From positions 9 to 64,008 of the forward strand of contig JANQNG010000051.1 in assembly GCA_028279685.1 (NCBI GenBank): a stretch of 64,000 nt of DNA, given 5' to 3'. Positions within the stretch are counted from its first letter, which is position 1, and each line of letters starts with the position of its first letter. The notes beneath the pieces were generated by a model that was not told where the DNA came from, did no database searches, and saw only the letters and a list, made by a program, of their open reading frames with translations. This stretch comes from Candidatus Nanoarchaeia archaeon (GTDB lineage: Archaea; Nanobdellota; Nanobdellia; Woesearchaeales; SKIA01). A program made the position numbers and the translations under genes. This document shows positions 18,209 to 27,637 of the stretch, piece by piece.

Positions 18209-18976
18209 TTATTTTTTTACAATTAAAACATCAGCCGCATTCTTCAAATATGCATCAACTTTCTCATAGTCAAGCTCATTATTGTTATCTCTTAATCCTC
18301 CTTCTGCGTCAATAAAGAAGTCAGCATCATATCCTTCTTTAATCATTTTTAATTTATCACCAACATTATTTCCATCAAATCCTCCTGCGACACCCATCAA
18401 AGCATTTGGCAAAGCTTCAGAAAGTATGTTCATCATCATTATTCCTTCTTCAAGATCAAAAGGAATTCCCCTACCCATAGAAGGATCAAATAAACAATAA
18501 TCTACAAGAGCATCATATTCCTGTACTTTCTCACTAATCTCATTGAGTGTAAATCCTTCAGTTGCCCAGCCAGAAATTTGAAGCACAATTTCCATATTCC
18601 TGAATTTGTTTTTTATTTTCTCAACTTCATTTATTTTGGGCCAAGGAAGATTTAACTGCACCGCTTTACACACATCATAGAGATTATTAAGCATAAATAC
18701 CTGTTCTATTTCATCAGCAAGCATATTAAAATTTTTAGTATAATAATGAATCATAGGAATAGCCTCGTCAGAAACTGCTGAAACAATTTTTGCAAGATCA
18801 TTCATGCAAGGTCCTCTTTTTCCAACTTTTGCGTAATCTTCTAATTTCCGAGGAGAAGATGGAAAGCCATACATTCCTGTTACATTTTCGTTATATTCAT
18901 ATTTTCTATATGATGAAGAAATAGCAAACACATCTTGCAATGTCTTCACTCCTGTAATACCAACATAAGGTTTCAT
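18209..18976 (-). CDS. TrpF-like TIM-barrel protein
   Basis: PYVGITG, VQLN, LFDPSMGRG, GVAGGF, IDAEGGLRD. Confidence 0.7.
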   Translation of the reverse strand: MKPYVGITGVKTLQDVFAISSSYRKYEYNENVTGMYGFPSSPRKLEDYAKVGKRGPCMNDLAKIVSAVSDEAIPMIHYYTKNFNMLADEIEQVFMLNNLYDVCKAVQLNLPWPKINEVEKIKNKFRNMEIVLQISGWATEGFTLNEISEKVQEYDALVDYCLFDPSMGRGIPFDLEEGIMMMNILSEALPNALMGVAGGFDGNNVGDKLKMIKEGYDADFFIDAEGGLRDNNNELDYEKVDAYLKNAADVLIVKK

Positions 18977-19042
18977 AAAGCGTGAAATTAGAGAACACAT
19001 ATAAATTTTCTTGTCCGGAAAATATTCACTGAGTAAATATAT

Positions 19043-19321
19043 TCAAGCAATCAAATGTAACATGCCAGAATCTCCACAGTAGAAATACAGTTTGTTAATA
19101 TGTTTGATATATCTTTTCAATCTATGTAGTTGTTTCTTTGCTTTTACAATCCTATGGGAACACTTGACTTCATAGAGATCAACCTTGCCATCTTTTACGC
19201 CGCAAAGATCAGCTTCAACGTACGTCTTCTTCGTCATAGGAATACGAACATTCGTAGATATAGCATCATATCGATGAGAAACCTTATGTTTCAGCTCTTT
19301 GACGTAGTCATCATGCTTCGT
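19043..19321 (-). CDS. Small PD-(D/E)XK nuclease-like protein (start uncertain; ATG 19237 or ACG 19321)
   Basis: EADL...LYEVK...AKKQL; the frame is open upstream through KHDDYVKEL. Confidence 0.6.
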   Translation of the reverse strand, partial: TKHDDYVKELKHKVSHRYDAISTNVRIPMTKKTYVEADLCGVKDGKVDLYEVKCSHRIVKAKKQLHRLKRYIKHINKLYFYCGDSGMLHLIA

Positions 19322-19438
19322 GCAAACACACCCCTATATAACGCCTATATACTTAACAATCAAAGTCTTATTTAAATTTTTCGGTATTGCCGAAAAAGTC
19401 AGCATAAGCTTTTTAAGATCTTCCTTCCCGCTGTATCT

Positions 19439-20095
19439 ATGGAAAACCTTGCAGAAAAAGCCTTTAGAGAACTCTTTCCAAACAGACAGCTCAAGAGAAT
19501 CATCAATATCAAATACTCAGGTCATTTCAAAGACTTTAATGCCAATGTCTCTTACGATAGTGAAAGTATGCAATTCTCTCTTTCTAAAGCATGGAAAGAG
19601 ATTAGCGAGGATATCCAAATAGGATTAGTTCAGCATTTGTTGCTAAAAATCTACAAGTCAAAGAAGAATACCATCAATCTTGACTTGTATGATAAATTCA
19701 TGAAAAACATCACTAAATATGCAAAAGTAACAGAGCAAGATGAACTTTTGAGCCATTATTTCGATGAGCTCAATGATCAATACTTCAACGGTATGATGAA
19801 CAAACCCAATCTGATTTGGGGAACTGATTCCACTGCAAAACTTGGTTGCTATACGTATGGCACAGATAGTATTATGATCTCTACTGTATTAAAGGAAGAA
19901 CCAGATCTTTTGAAATTTGTTCTTTATCACGAAATGCTTCACAAAAAGCACACCTTCACCACGAAAAACAACAAATCATACTATCATACAAAAGCTTTCA
20001 AAGATGATGAAAAAAAATTCTATTTGAAGAATGCCGAACAGCAACTAGAGCGATTCCTTAAAAGAAAAAGATGGAAAAAACTATTATCGTTTTGA
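19439..20095 (+). CDS. SprT/YgjP-like zinc metalloprotease
   Basis: FDELNDQYF, LG.Y, VLYHEMLH, H..AF. Confidence 0.85.
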   Translation: MENLAEKAFRELFPNRQLKRIINIKYSGHFKDFNANVSYDSESMQFSLSKAWKEISEDIQIGLVQHLLLKIYKSKKNTINLDLYDKFMKNITKYAKVTEQDELLSHYFDELNDQYFNGMMNKPNLIWGTDSTAKLGCYTYGTDSIMISTVLKEEPDLLKFVLYHEMLHKKHTFTTKNNKSYYHTKAFKDDEKKFYLKNAEQQLERFLKRKRWKKLLSF

Positions 20096-20100
20096 TAAAT

Positions 20101-20197
20101 TCGCTGCCTCGCTTCGTATTAGAGGAGTAATCAAACGAAGAAATCCGATTCGCCACAATCCTATATGAAAATTAAGTACTTTGCTGGGAGGCAGCGA
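20101..20197 (-). ncRNA. Unknown repeated structured element, copy X
   Basis: 10-bp closing stem TCGCTGCCTC/GAGGCAGCGA; 47-nt core is 38/47 identical to copy Y. Confidence 0.55.
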
Positions 20198-20203
20198 TTT
20201 TTT

Positions 20204-20542
20204 CTAATGCTTAGGAAGAAAATGCCTTTTCTTTCCTTTAACTTTACGTTTCTTTTTGCTCTTCTTAACCACCTTATGCAATGCTCTCTTGCGAGCAAGA
20301 TCCGCTTCATGAAGTAATTTTTCTCGCTCCTTTTTGTGACGCGGCATATGCACTGCTAAATCATCTTCAATAGGCTCTTTCGTCATGCTTATTAAAGCAG
20401 AAATCAGCATAATCACAAATACAATACAGAATGTAACACCCCATGTGACATTCTTGTCCATCACCCAGATGAGACTTATTATTATTCCGAGAATACTCGA
20501 TAACATAAATCCTGAAGATAAATGCACGGCCTTGAATGCCAT
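20204..20542 (-). CDS. Two-TM membrane protein with basic tail
   Basis: Two hydrophobic helices; GGGGTGA RBS. Confidence 0.8.
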   Translation of the reverse strand: MAFKAVHLSSGFMLSSILGIIISLIWVMDKNVTWGVTFCIVFVIMLISALISMTKEPIEDDLAVHMPRHKKEREKLLHEADLARKRALHKVVKKSKKKRKVKGKKRHFLPKH

Positions 20543-20557
20543 GTTCTCATCACCCCT

Positions 20558-21487
20558 TTAACAATCTTTAATATTACCGCCTTTGCTGACATCACAGCTA
20601 AAAATTGGTGTTTCTGCTATCTTCGTTACTCCATCATATAGTATGACTCTGATCTTTTTATTCTCATTGAAATCTTTGAAATTGTTCTGATGCGTAGTCT
20701 TAATTACAATATTAGGTTGTGTGACTGAATTTGCAGGAACTAACGCAACGGTGTAACCTTGGCGAGGAATGGTCTCAAAATTCTCTCCATAATCAGATTC
20801 ATCCCAAATGAATAGTTGAGCATCCATATCTGTATATTGCAATCCAAGACCATTATTGATTCTAAGATAAATCTTTTCTAAGTGCACCATATCATCGTCA
20901 GCAACAATGCCTGTGTTTGTCGTATCTCCTTCTGCAAAATACTCATAAAGTACTCTTTGTACATTTGCGGTAAAGACTCCTGGAGTAGGTGCATTTGGAT
21001 CTGTGGTTTGGCATTCACCATCGACATAATATTGACCATTCACATTCGTACAGACCCCTCCACAATCAATATTTGTCTCATCCTGATTCACAATACCATC
21101 ATTACACGTCTCCTCTGGTGCATCAGGTTCTGGTTCGGGCTCAGGGTCTAAATGGCATTCTCCACTCCACCAATATCCTCCATTAACAGAAGTACATGCT
21201 CCTCCACAATCTATATTCGTTTCATCTTGATTCTTGATGCCATCACTGCACGTTGCTTCAGGAGTTGCTACTGGATCAGACGCTTCTCCACCATCATCAA
21301 CAGGATCAAGCAGTTCTCTCTCGTTTGCATTAATAGAATCACCAAGCAATTGTGTTCCTAGACTACATTCTCCTTTGAAAAAATAAGCATGAACAAGCAA
21401 TCCTATGAGAATAACAATAATACCAATATAGGCAGCACGCTCAAATGCCCTCTTGCTAATCGTTATCTGAATCTCTTCCATTAGCAT
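20558..21487 (-). CDS. Membrane-anchored surface protein with two Cys-rich repeats
   Basis: TC.DGI.NQDETNIDCGG.CT.VNG twice; N-terminal TM helix. Confidence 0.8.
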   Translation of the reverse strand: MLMEEIQITISKRAFERAAYIGIIVILIGLLVHAYFFKGECSLGTQLLGDSINANERELLDPVDDGGEASDPVATPEATCSDGIKNQDETNIDCGGACTSVNGGYWWSGECHLDPEPEPEPDAPEETCNDGIVNQDETNIDCGGVCTNVNGQYYVDGECQTTDPNAPTPGVFTANVQRVLYEYFAEGDTTNTGIVADDDMVHLEKIYLRINNGLGLQYTDMDAQLFIWDESDYGENFETIPRQGYTVALVPANSVTQPNIVIKTTHQNNFKDFNENKKIRVILYDGVTKIAETPIFSCDVSKGGNIKDC

Positions 21488-21633
21488 TATTGACTCTGCC
21501 GACCTTTTTAAATGTTACTGAAAATTGCATGAATCCAAACACCCTATTTTAAGCACAGTTTCCAGTTCAAAATTTGCCAAAGATCACTATATTTACCACC
21601 TATCTATAACCAAGCAGATGTTATTACAAATAA

Positions 21634-22761
21634 TTACAACTCTTGTAACGCCCGTATCAGCTGTTTTGTCGTTTTTTCCCACTTAAACTGCTTCACCACA
21701 GTCTCTCTTGCAGCTTTGCCTACTTTAGTCATAATTTCACGATGATTCATCAAGAATTTAAGCTTGCTATAAAGCGCATAACTATCTTGTTTCCTAATAA
21801 GAAATCCATTTTTACCCTCAGTAATATAGTCTTTGATATACCCCACTGAAGTAGCAATCACAGGAAGGCCGCAACTCATCGCTTCAAGTACCGAAAGACA
21901 GGTCGTCTCTGTCAAAGAAGTATGGCAATAGACGTCCATTGCTTGTAGCCAAGGCACTACTTCATCTTGCCTTCCTGCTACAAGAACATTTCTCTGACGA
22001 TGCATAATATCTTTCAATGTTTTCAATCCCTCTCCAACAATAAGCAATACTGCTGTGGGAAACTCATTTCGAATCCTGGCAAAAGCCCTGAGCAGGGTCT
22101 TGAGATCTTTCTCATGAGATAGTCTTCCATGATATCCTATGACAAAATTTTCAGAACCAATCCCTGCTTTTTTCTTTGCTTTTCTTTTTGCAGAAGAAGG
22201 CCTGAATGTTTTTGCATCGACACCAAGCTGCACAACTTTATTCATAGTATAGATGTGATTCCATTCAAAAATATCAATAACTCCTTGCGATGGAGAAAGC
22301 AATAAATCTACTTTTCTATAATTTCTCTTCGCAAATATTTTTGCGATGCTCCCTATAAGCACTTTCAAAAAACTATTATTCAATGCTCTGGGTAAAAGTT
22401 CCCATTCAATACTGTTGATGAATGCAGCTGTTTTCTTATTGAATTTTCTCCCATATGTTAGTGCATGATATCCTATAACACCTAATGACTGAACCCAAAC
22501 AATATCTGCTTCTGCAACAGCTTCTTTAATTGTCTTCTTGTCCAGCTTGGGAAGAACATAATCTCCTATTATTTTTTTTGAGAGAGGTATTCGCCACATC
22601 TTGAAAGGTTTTTTTACCAGCTTACCATAATTAGGACAAAGCACCATAACATCGAAATACTTTCTTAATGAAGGTATGACTTGTGTAAGAAATCGTGTAA
22701 TACCATCTCTTCTTGGTTCGAAATTGTCTGTTGCAATGAGGAGTTTTTTCATCTTACCCAT
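21634..22761 (-). CDS. GT4 family glycosyltransferase
   Basis: GRLSHEKD, ETTCLSVLEAMSCGLPVIAT. Confidence 0.93.
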   Translation of the reverse strand: MGKMKKLLIATDNFEPRRDGITRFLTQVIPSLRKYFDVMVLCPNYGKLVKKPFKMWRIPLSKKIIGDYVLPKLDKKTIKEAVAEADIVWVQSLGVIGYHALTYGRKFNKKTAAFINSIEWELLPRALNNSFLKVLIGSIAKIFAKRNYRKVDLLLSPSQGVIDIFEWNHIYTMNKVVQLGVDAKTFRPSSAKRKAKKKAGIGSENFVIGYHGRLSHEKDLKTLLRAFARIRNEFPTAVLLIVGEGLKTLKDIMHRQRNVLVAGRQDEVVPWLQAMDVYCHTSLTETTCLSVLEAMSCGLPVIATSVGYIKDYITEGKNGFLIRKQDSYALYSKLKFLMNHREIMTKVGKAARETVVKQFKWEKTTKQLIRALQEL

Positions 22762-23395
22762 ACCTCAAAAATGTTTCGACATATTTTGTTTTATATTTAA
22801 TTCCTTCAAAAACTGCCTTGAAAAAAATAAAAGGATACAACATATAAATTACGAGCTTTTGCGATTCATACACGTCGAGTGCCTTGATTTTCTTAACGAA
22901 CATTGAAGAGATATCAATAATCAATTTAGGGTTCTGTCTTTTGCCAAAATAGAAAGGATTCCAGACTTTAAACATATAGATTGCTTTTGTATAGTTTGCT
23001 TTTTTAATTGCTTTTAGAATAAATTTTCCGACAGCATCATGATTGAAGAAAACATCACCCGGATAATGAGTAAAAATTTGATGCGGTTTTATTTTTTTTA
23101 TGATCGCAACTACTTTACTGAAAACTTCTTTCTTATTCAAATCATCTTTGAGACTAAGGTCTCTCAGCCCAAGAAAGATCGTCTCATGCACACCAAGTAT
23201 CTGGCCTGCCTTTTTTGTCTCTTTCTCTCTTTCTTTTATTGTATGCTCTTTCTTCAGCCAGAAAGGAAAGTTTTCTCCGCTTGAAAAAATAACTACCGTC
23301 ACTTTTTTCTTTTCCTGAGCATATTTTGCTAATGTGCCTCCTACACCAATAATCTCATCATCAGGATGCGCACAAAACACAAGTATTCTTTCCAT
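22754..23395 (-). CDS. PIG-L/LmbE family deacetylase
   Basis: AHPDDE..GVGGT, YESQ. Confidence 0.92.
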   Translation of the reverse strand: MERILVFCAHPDDEIIGVGGTLAKYAQEKKKVTVVIFSSGENFPFWLKKEHTIKEREKETKKAGQILGVHETIFLGLRDLSLKDDLNKKEVFSKVVAIIKKIKPHQIFTHYPGDVFFNHDAVGKFILKAIKKANYTKAIYMFKVWNPFYFGKRQNPKLIIDISSMFVKKIKALDVYESQKLVIYMLYPFIFFKAVFEGIKYKTKYVETFLRYG

Positions 23396-23492
23396 ACTTT
23401 AATGGCATTATTGCTCTTTATTAAGTTTACGAGAATAAACAATCACAATATTTAAAAAAACAAGTTTTTTCTATGGTGAAGGAGGTAGCATT

Positions 23493-23804
23493 ATGGTTGA
23501 GCATTTGACAGCAGATACATTTGATGAAAAAACAAAGAAAGGCAAGGTTGTCATTGATTTCTACGCTGAATGGTGTGGCCCTTGCATGCAGTTCAAGCCA
23601 ATTTTCGAGAAAATTGCAGAAGAAATGAAAGATATCCACTTTTTCAAAGTTAACGTCGATGAAGAATCAGAAATAGCAGGAAAATTCGGCGTTATGAGCA
23701 TTCCAACCATTATCTTTCTCAACGATGGAGAGGAGAAGCATAAATCAATGGGTGCTTTGAGTGAATCCTCGTTCAAAAAGGCAGTCAAGGATACTTTTCA
23801 ATGA
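23493..23804 (+). CDS. trxA: Thioredoxin
   Basis: DFYAEWCGPC, SIPT. Confidence 0.96.
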   Translation: MVEHLTADTFDEKTKKGKVVIDFYAEWCGPCMQFKPIFEKIAEEMKDIHFFKVNVDEESEIAGKFGVMSIPTIIFLNDGEEKHKSMGALSESSFKKAVKDTFQ

Positions 23805-24565
23805 TTGTTCACAATATCAATCCAGATATCATTACTGTTGGAGGTTTGCATATCCGATGGTATGGACTAGTATATGCACTTGGATTTCTTGCTATATTTT
23901 TTTTTCTCAAATGGTATCATAAAAAGCACAAAATACAACATCTTACTAGTGAACGTATTGACACATTACTTATCTATCTTATTATCGGCACTATTCTTGG
24001 AGGAAGATTATTGCTTTTCCTTTTCTATCATCCTTCTATTTGGTGGACAGATCCTCTTCAAATTCTGAAAATTTGGGAGGGAGGAATGTCTTTCCATGGA
24101 GCACTCATAGGATTAGTGATAGCTATTATACTCTTTTGTAAAAGATACAAAATTGATTTTTATCGCATTACTGATCTTATCGTGATCCCTGGAGCATTAT
24201 TCTTGTTTTTTGGCAGAATAGCAAATTTTGTGAATGGCGAACTTTGGGGCATCCCCTCTAATGTTCCTTGGTGTGTCCAATTCCAAGGTATCGAAGGATG
24301 TAGACACCCTTCACAACTCTATGAAGCACTAAAGAATCTTACGATATTCTTTATTCTTTTATGGATAAAAAATATCAAGAAACTCAGGAAAGGAGTCCTC
24401 ACTTGGTCTTTCATCGGACTCTATGGTCTGCTTCGATTCCTCGTGAATTTCTGGCGAGATGATCCTGTTTTATTGCTTGGTATTAGTACAGGCCAATGGC
24501 TCAGTTTGCTTATGTTCTTTGCTGCAACAGGATGGTTCATAAAGAATAACATTAAAAAGAAATAA
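23801..24565 (+). CDS. lgt: Prolipoprotein diacylglyceryl transferase
   Basis: IRWYG, GGMSFHG, GRIANFVNGELWG, HPSQLYE. Confidence 0.95.
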   Translation: MIVHNINPDIITVGGLHIRWYGLVYALGFLAIFFFLKWYHKKHKIQHLTSERIDTLLIYLIIGTILGGRLLLFLFYHPSIWWTDPLQILKIWEGGMSFHGALIGLVIAIILFCKRYKIDFYRITDLIVIPGALFLFFGRIANFVNGELWGIPSNVPWCVQFQGIEGCRHPSQLYEALKNLTIFFILLWIKNIKKLRKGVLTWSFIGLYGLLRFLVNFWRDDPVLLLGISTGQWLSLLMFFAATGWFIKNNIKKK

Positions 24566-24582
24566 ACGTTCTGTTTCTGTAT

Positions 24583-24703
24583 GCTCCCGTCGTTCAGCTT
24601 GGATGCAATTTTGCAGAGCACATAGGACACAGGATTGCGGATCCTGAGACCCGGGTTCAAATGCAACAGTCAATGACGTTGCTTGAAAGTCCCGGCGGGA
24701 GCG
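24583..24703 (+). tRNA. tRNA-Arg(GCG) with two non-canonical introns (24603-24621 D-loop; 24662-24689 T-loop)
   Basis: Acceptor GCTCCCG/CGGGAGC, anticodon arm CAGGA-TTGCGGA-TCCTG, T-stem CCGGG/CCCGG; removing both BHB-type inserts gives a 74-nt cloverleaf. Confidence 0.92.
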
Positions 24704-24891
24704 TTATTTTCCAGATTATTCAAGCTTGTCTTGAATAGACCTGTACAAGCTCTGCTTGTACATACAAAGCCACTATATGACTTTGGCATCTTGCTTCTAA
24801 TATTCGAAATATAAGGTAGAGCGCTTTTTCACCTTCTTTTTTAAAGAGCACAAACAAAATTTATATAGTAGCTTTTCTAGAATTACATATT

Positions 24892-25272
24892 ATGGGGGGT
24901 ACATTCATCAATAGGAATGTAGATGCAACTATCTGTCGACGCTGTGGAAGACCAGGTGATGCGAAAGCTTTTGCACTTGATCCTATTTTCAAGCAAGTAG
25001 TCTGTCCTCAATGTGTAAAAGAAAGAAAGAAACCAGGGTCTACTCTGACAGCTGAAAAACCTACTGATTGGGATTATGAAGACGAAGTTCTTGAGAAAAC
25101 ACACAAACTAAAACAACAGCAAAAGCCTAAAGAGACCATCAGATATGTAAGAATTAATGATGAGAAGATTAAAATCATCTGTCCGAAATGTGAATTTCCC
25201 TTTGTTTACAACACTGTCAGAGATTCTCCTCGGTTCTGCCCCTTCTGCGCAAGAAGAGCAAAGCCAAGCTGA
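24892..25272 (+). CDS. Double zinc-ribbon protein
   Basis: CRRC/CPQC and CPKC/CPFC. Confidence 0.75.
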   Translation: MGGTFINRNVDATICRRCGRPGDAKAFALDPIFKQVVCPQCVKERKKPGSTLTAEKPTDWDYEDEVLEKTHKLKQQQKPKETIRYVRINDEKIKIICPKCEFPFVYNTVRDSPRFCPFCARRAKPS

Positions 25273-25324
25273 ATGTCACTTTAAATCCACAAATTTTATA
25301 AACCATTAACCATTGTTAATTATC

Positions 25325-25705
25325 ATGAATAATGACACATTACTCCAACCTCAAGAGGTAGAAGTTTGGTATGCTTTGCCCGCTATCAGAAGAGAACTCT
25401 CTTTCTTTCTAAAACAAGAAGGACTTGAGCAGAAGAAAATCGCTAACATCATGGGTTTAACGGAAGCTGCTGTTTCCCAATATATCAATAAAAAAAGAGG
25501 AAAAGATATTACATTCGAGGATCATCTCAAAAAAGAAATACACACATCAGCAAAAGCTATTGTGAAAAACAACGATGTGTTTCTCGAGGAAACCCAACGA
25601 ATTCTTCAACTTCTTCGAAATGATGGCACCATCTGCAAGCTGCATGAAGCGCATGGCTACAGTAGCGCTCATTGTAGAATATGCAAAGGCAAAAAAAGAT
25701 CATGA
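25325..25705 (+). CDS. HTH transcriptional regulator (COG2522-like)
   Basis: PQEVEVWYALPAIRREL, GLTEAAVSQY..KKRG, C..H...C..C. Confidence 0.88.
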   Translation: MNNDTLLQPQEVEVWYALPAIRRELSFFLKQEGLEQKKIANIMGLTEAAVSQYINKKRGKDITFEDHLKKEIHTSAKAIVKNNDVFLEETQRILQLLRNDGTICKLHEAHGYSSAHCRICKGKKRS

Positions 25706-26293
25706 AGGTTTACCAGGAACATCATGATGATGAATACATCTTGGCTCATAGAGTTCTTTATCTCCAACAAGAATAATTGGCGAATCATATGGTGCAGGCT
25801 TACCATCAATTAAACGCTGTGTTCTCCTAGCTGTACCTCCGCAAACAGCACACACCGCATTCATCTTAGTAACATAATCAGCATGTCTCATAAAATAATC
25901 CATCTGAGGAAAAGGTTCTCCTCTGTAATCAGTATCAAGCCCTGCAATAATAATATTCTTCTTAAGCAGTAATAAGCCAGACACAGCAGAGCAAAGCCCA
26001 GGTATAGGAAAATGTGCTTCATCAAAAGCAACAACTAAATCTTTATCAGTTATATGACTTAAGAACCCTTCAGCATCCTTCACTTTGATCGCCTCAATTT
26101 CAAACCCTAATCTTGATGCAACATTCTCATCACGTTCATTAATCAACGGCTGGAATACTTTATAAGGAATATCAGTATAGTTCAGTTTCTCAACTCTTTG
26201 AATAAGTGCTGTCGTTTTCCCAGAAAACATAGACCCAGGATACACCTCCATACAACCTGGCCTGTAGAATTCATTGTGTAATTTATTATTCAC
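25700..26293 (-). CDS. tdk: Thymidine kinase
   Basis: GSMFSGKT, DEAHF, GLDTDYRGEPF, CAVCG, YEPRC. Confidence 0.95.
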   Translation of the reverse strand: MNNKLHNEFYRPGCMEVYPGSMFSGKTTALIQRVEKLNYTDIPYKVFQPLINERDENVASRLGFEIEAIKVKDAEGFLSHITDKDLVVAFDEAHFPIPGLCSAVSGLLLLKKNIIIAGLDTDYRGEPFPQMDYFMRHADYVTKMNAVCAVCGGTARRTQRLIDGKPAPYDSPIILVGDKELYEPRCIHHHDVPGKPS

Positions 26294-26361
26294 TTTTGCT
26301 CACTCTCCTCAAGAAAATGAATACATTCTATCCCCAAAACATTCACTACGAAAACCCCCCA

Positions 26362-26919
26362 TTATTTCAATGATAAATCATACAATATACTTTCAATCTT
26401 CTTCAAGTTCCACTTGATGGCATCAGATTTCTTTCTTAATTCCCCATTCCTAAAATCAAATTCCATCATTTGTGCAAGAATAGTGTCAATAAGGTCTCTA
26501 ATTTTCTGGATGTCTTCTTTCTTCTTATCTATAGCAAGAAAAACACATCGCCTTCCAAGCTCTCCTGTAAAATCACTTAAAGCTCCTAGATAAATTTCAG
26601 AAAACAGTTTTCTTGGTTTCTTCCAGATATTCTTATCCATCACATAATGATAGAAAAGCATTGCTTCAGCGTACTCTTCAAGCGCTGCAGAGAGAGCGCC
26701 AATTTGGCGGAATTTTGGCCGTTTATCAAGCACTTCTATTAACTCAGATGCAAGTTTCACAAGATCATCAACAGCATTTTTTTTGACTTCACCACGATGC
26801 ACTGCGTAAATCAATTTCTTAGAAGAAGTATTTAACTCTCTTGCTTTTTTGATGAATTGTTCTCTTTTTTCTTCGAACACAACAAATTCTTTTCGTATTG
26901 ATGACAGATCTACTCTCAT
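26362..26919 (-). CDS. Translin/Trax family protein
   Basis: REQFIK..R, EEYAEA, YLGALSDFTGELGR, LRKKSD. Confidence 0.9.
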   Translation of the reverse strand: MRVDLSSIRKEFVVFEEKREQFIKKARELNTSSKKLIYAVHRGEVKKNAVDDLVKLASELIEVLDKRPKFRQIGALSAALEEYAEAMLFYHYVMDKNIWKKPRKLFSEIYLGALSDFTGELGRRCVFLAIDKKKEDIQKIRDLIDTILAQMMEFDFRNGELRKKSDAIKWNLKKIESILYDLSLK

Positions 26920-26994
26920 GCTATTCGAAAAAAGAAGGTTTATATAAAGATATTTATTCAACGATTTATTATTTAATACGTGCAAATACAAGAA

Positions 26995-27435
26995 CTAGAT
27001 CATTGCCCATTCTGGCAGCAATGCTTTTGCTACGAGGAATCCATAGATATATGGTCCTGCAGCAATAACAGCACCTACGAGAGCAGCATGGAAAAATGTT
27101 TCTCCGATTGATTTACCTCCTGCTCCACCTCTAATAATAGCAGCAGCAGCTTTGATTTTAACTGCAGCAACCAAACCTAGCACTACCCTGATAAGAATAT
27201 CCCAAATACCTCCTGATGGTATAGAGCTTGAAAGACCAAATTGTGCAATTGCAAAAGGAATATTAAAGCTAATAAAGCTGAAGATCATACAGACTGGCAC
27301 TGCGTGCAACCCATGAGAAAGCCACCCCATGCCTCTTTCATCTTTATGAACAAGAAAGAGTTCATACAATCCTGCGATGACTCCTATAACTAACGGAGGA
27401 ATAATCAAGAACTCCGCTCCTGCTGCAGCAACCAT
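26995..27435 (-). CDS. Conserved 4-TM membrane protein
   Basis: Four hydrophobic helices; ELFLVHKDE. Confidence 0.8.
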   Translation of the reverse strand: MVAAAGAEFLIIPPLVIGVIAGLYELFLVHKDERGMGWLSHGLHAVPVCMIFSFISFNIPFAIAQFGLSSSIPSGGIWDILIRVVLGLVAAVKIKAAAAIIRGGAGGKSIGETFFHAALVGAVIAAGPYIYGFLVAKALLPEWAMI

Positions 27436-27528
27436 ACTCTTACTTTGCTATTTATTATTTATAAAGTTTGCGTTGGAAATAATACATCGCATTTTGGTGA
27501 TGTCTCTAATTACATCACCAGCAATATC

Positions 27529-27615
27529 TACTGCGCTACGTATTTGAATTAAATAAGATAAGAAATCTAATTCGCTACAATCCAACAAGATAATCAAGTA
27601 CTTCGCAATGCAGTA
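27529..27615 (-). ncRNA. Unknown repeated structured element, copy Y
   Basis: Closing stem TACTGC/GCAGTA and the same core as 20101-20197; adjacent 9-bp hairpin at 27495-27520. Confidence 0.55.
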
Positions 27616-27637
27616 TTACCACTAATACAATAGAAAT

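Noticed and set aside
20101..20197. Repeat X/Y as a small peptide gene, SECIS, C/D-box RNA or simple terminator
   Set aside because: The KKS.S.QS..IKYFA frame has upstream stops and no start; there is no in-frame Sec candidate and no RUGAUGA/CUGA boxes; the ~77-nt conserved interior is too long for a terminator loop.
20940..21260. Nucleotide repeats as a CRISPR or DGR template/variable pair
   Set aside because: They are in-frame Cys-rich protein repeats; no spacer array, cas gene or reverse transcriptase is visible in the window.
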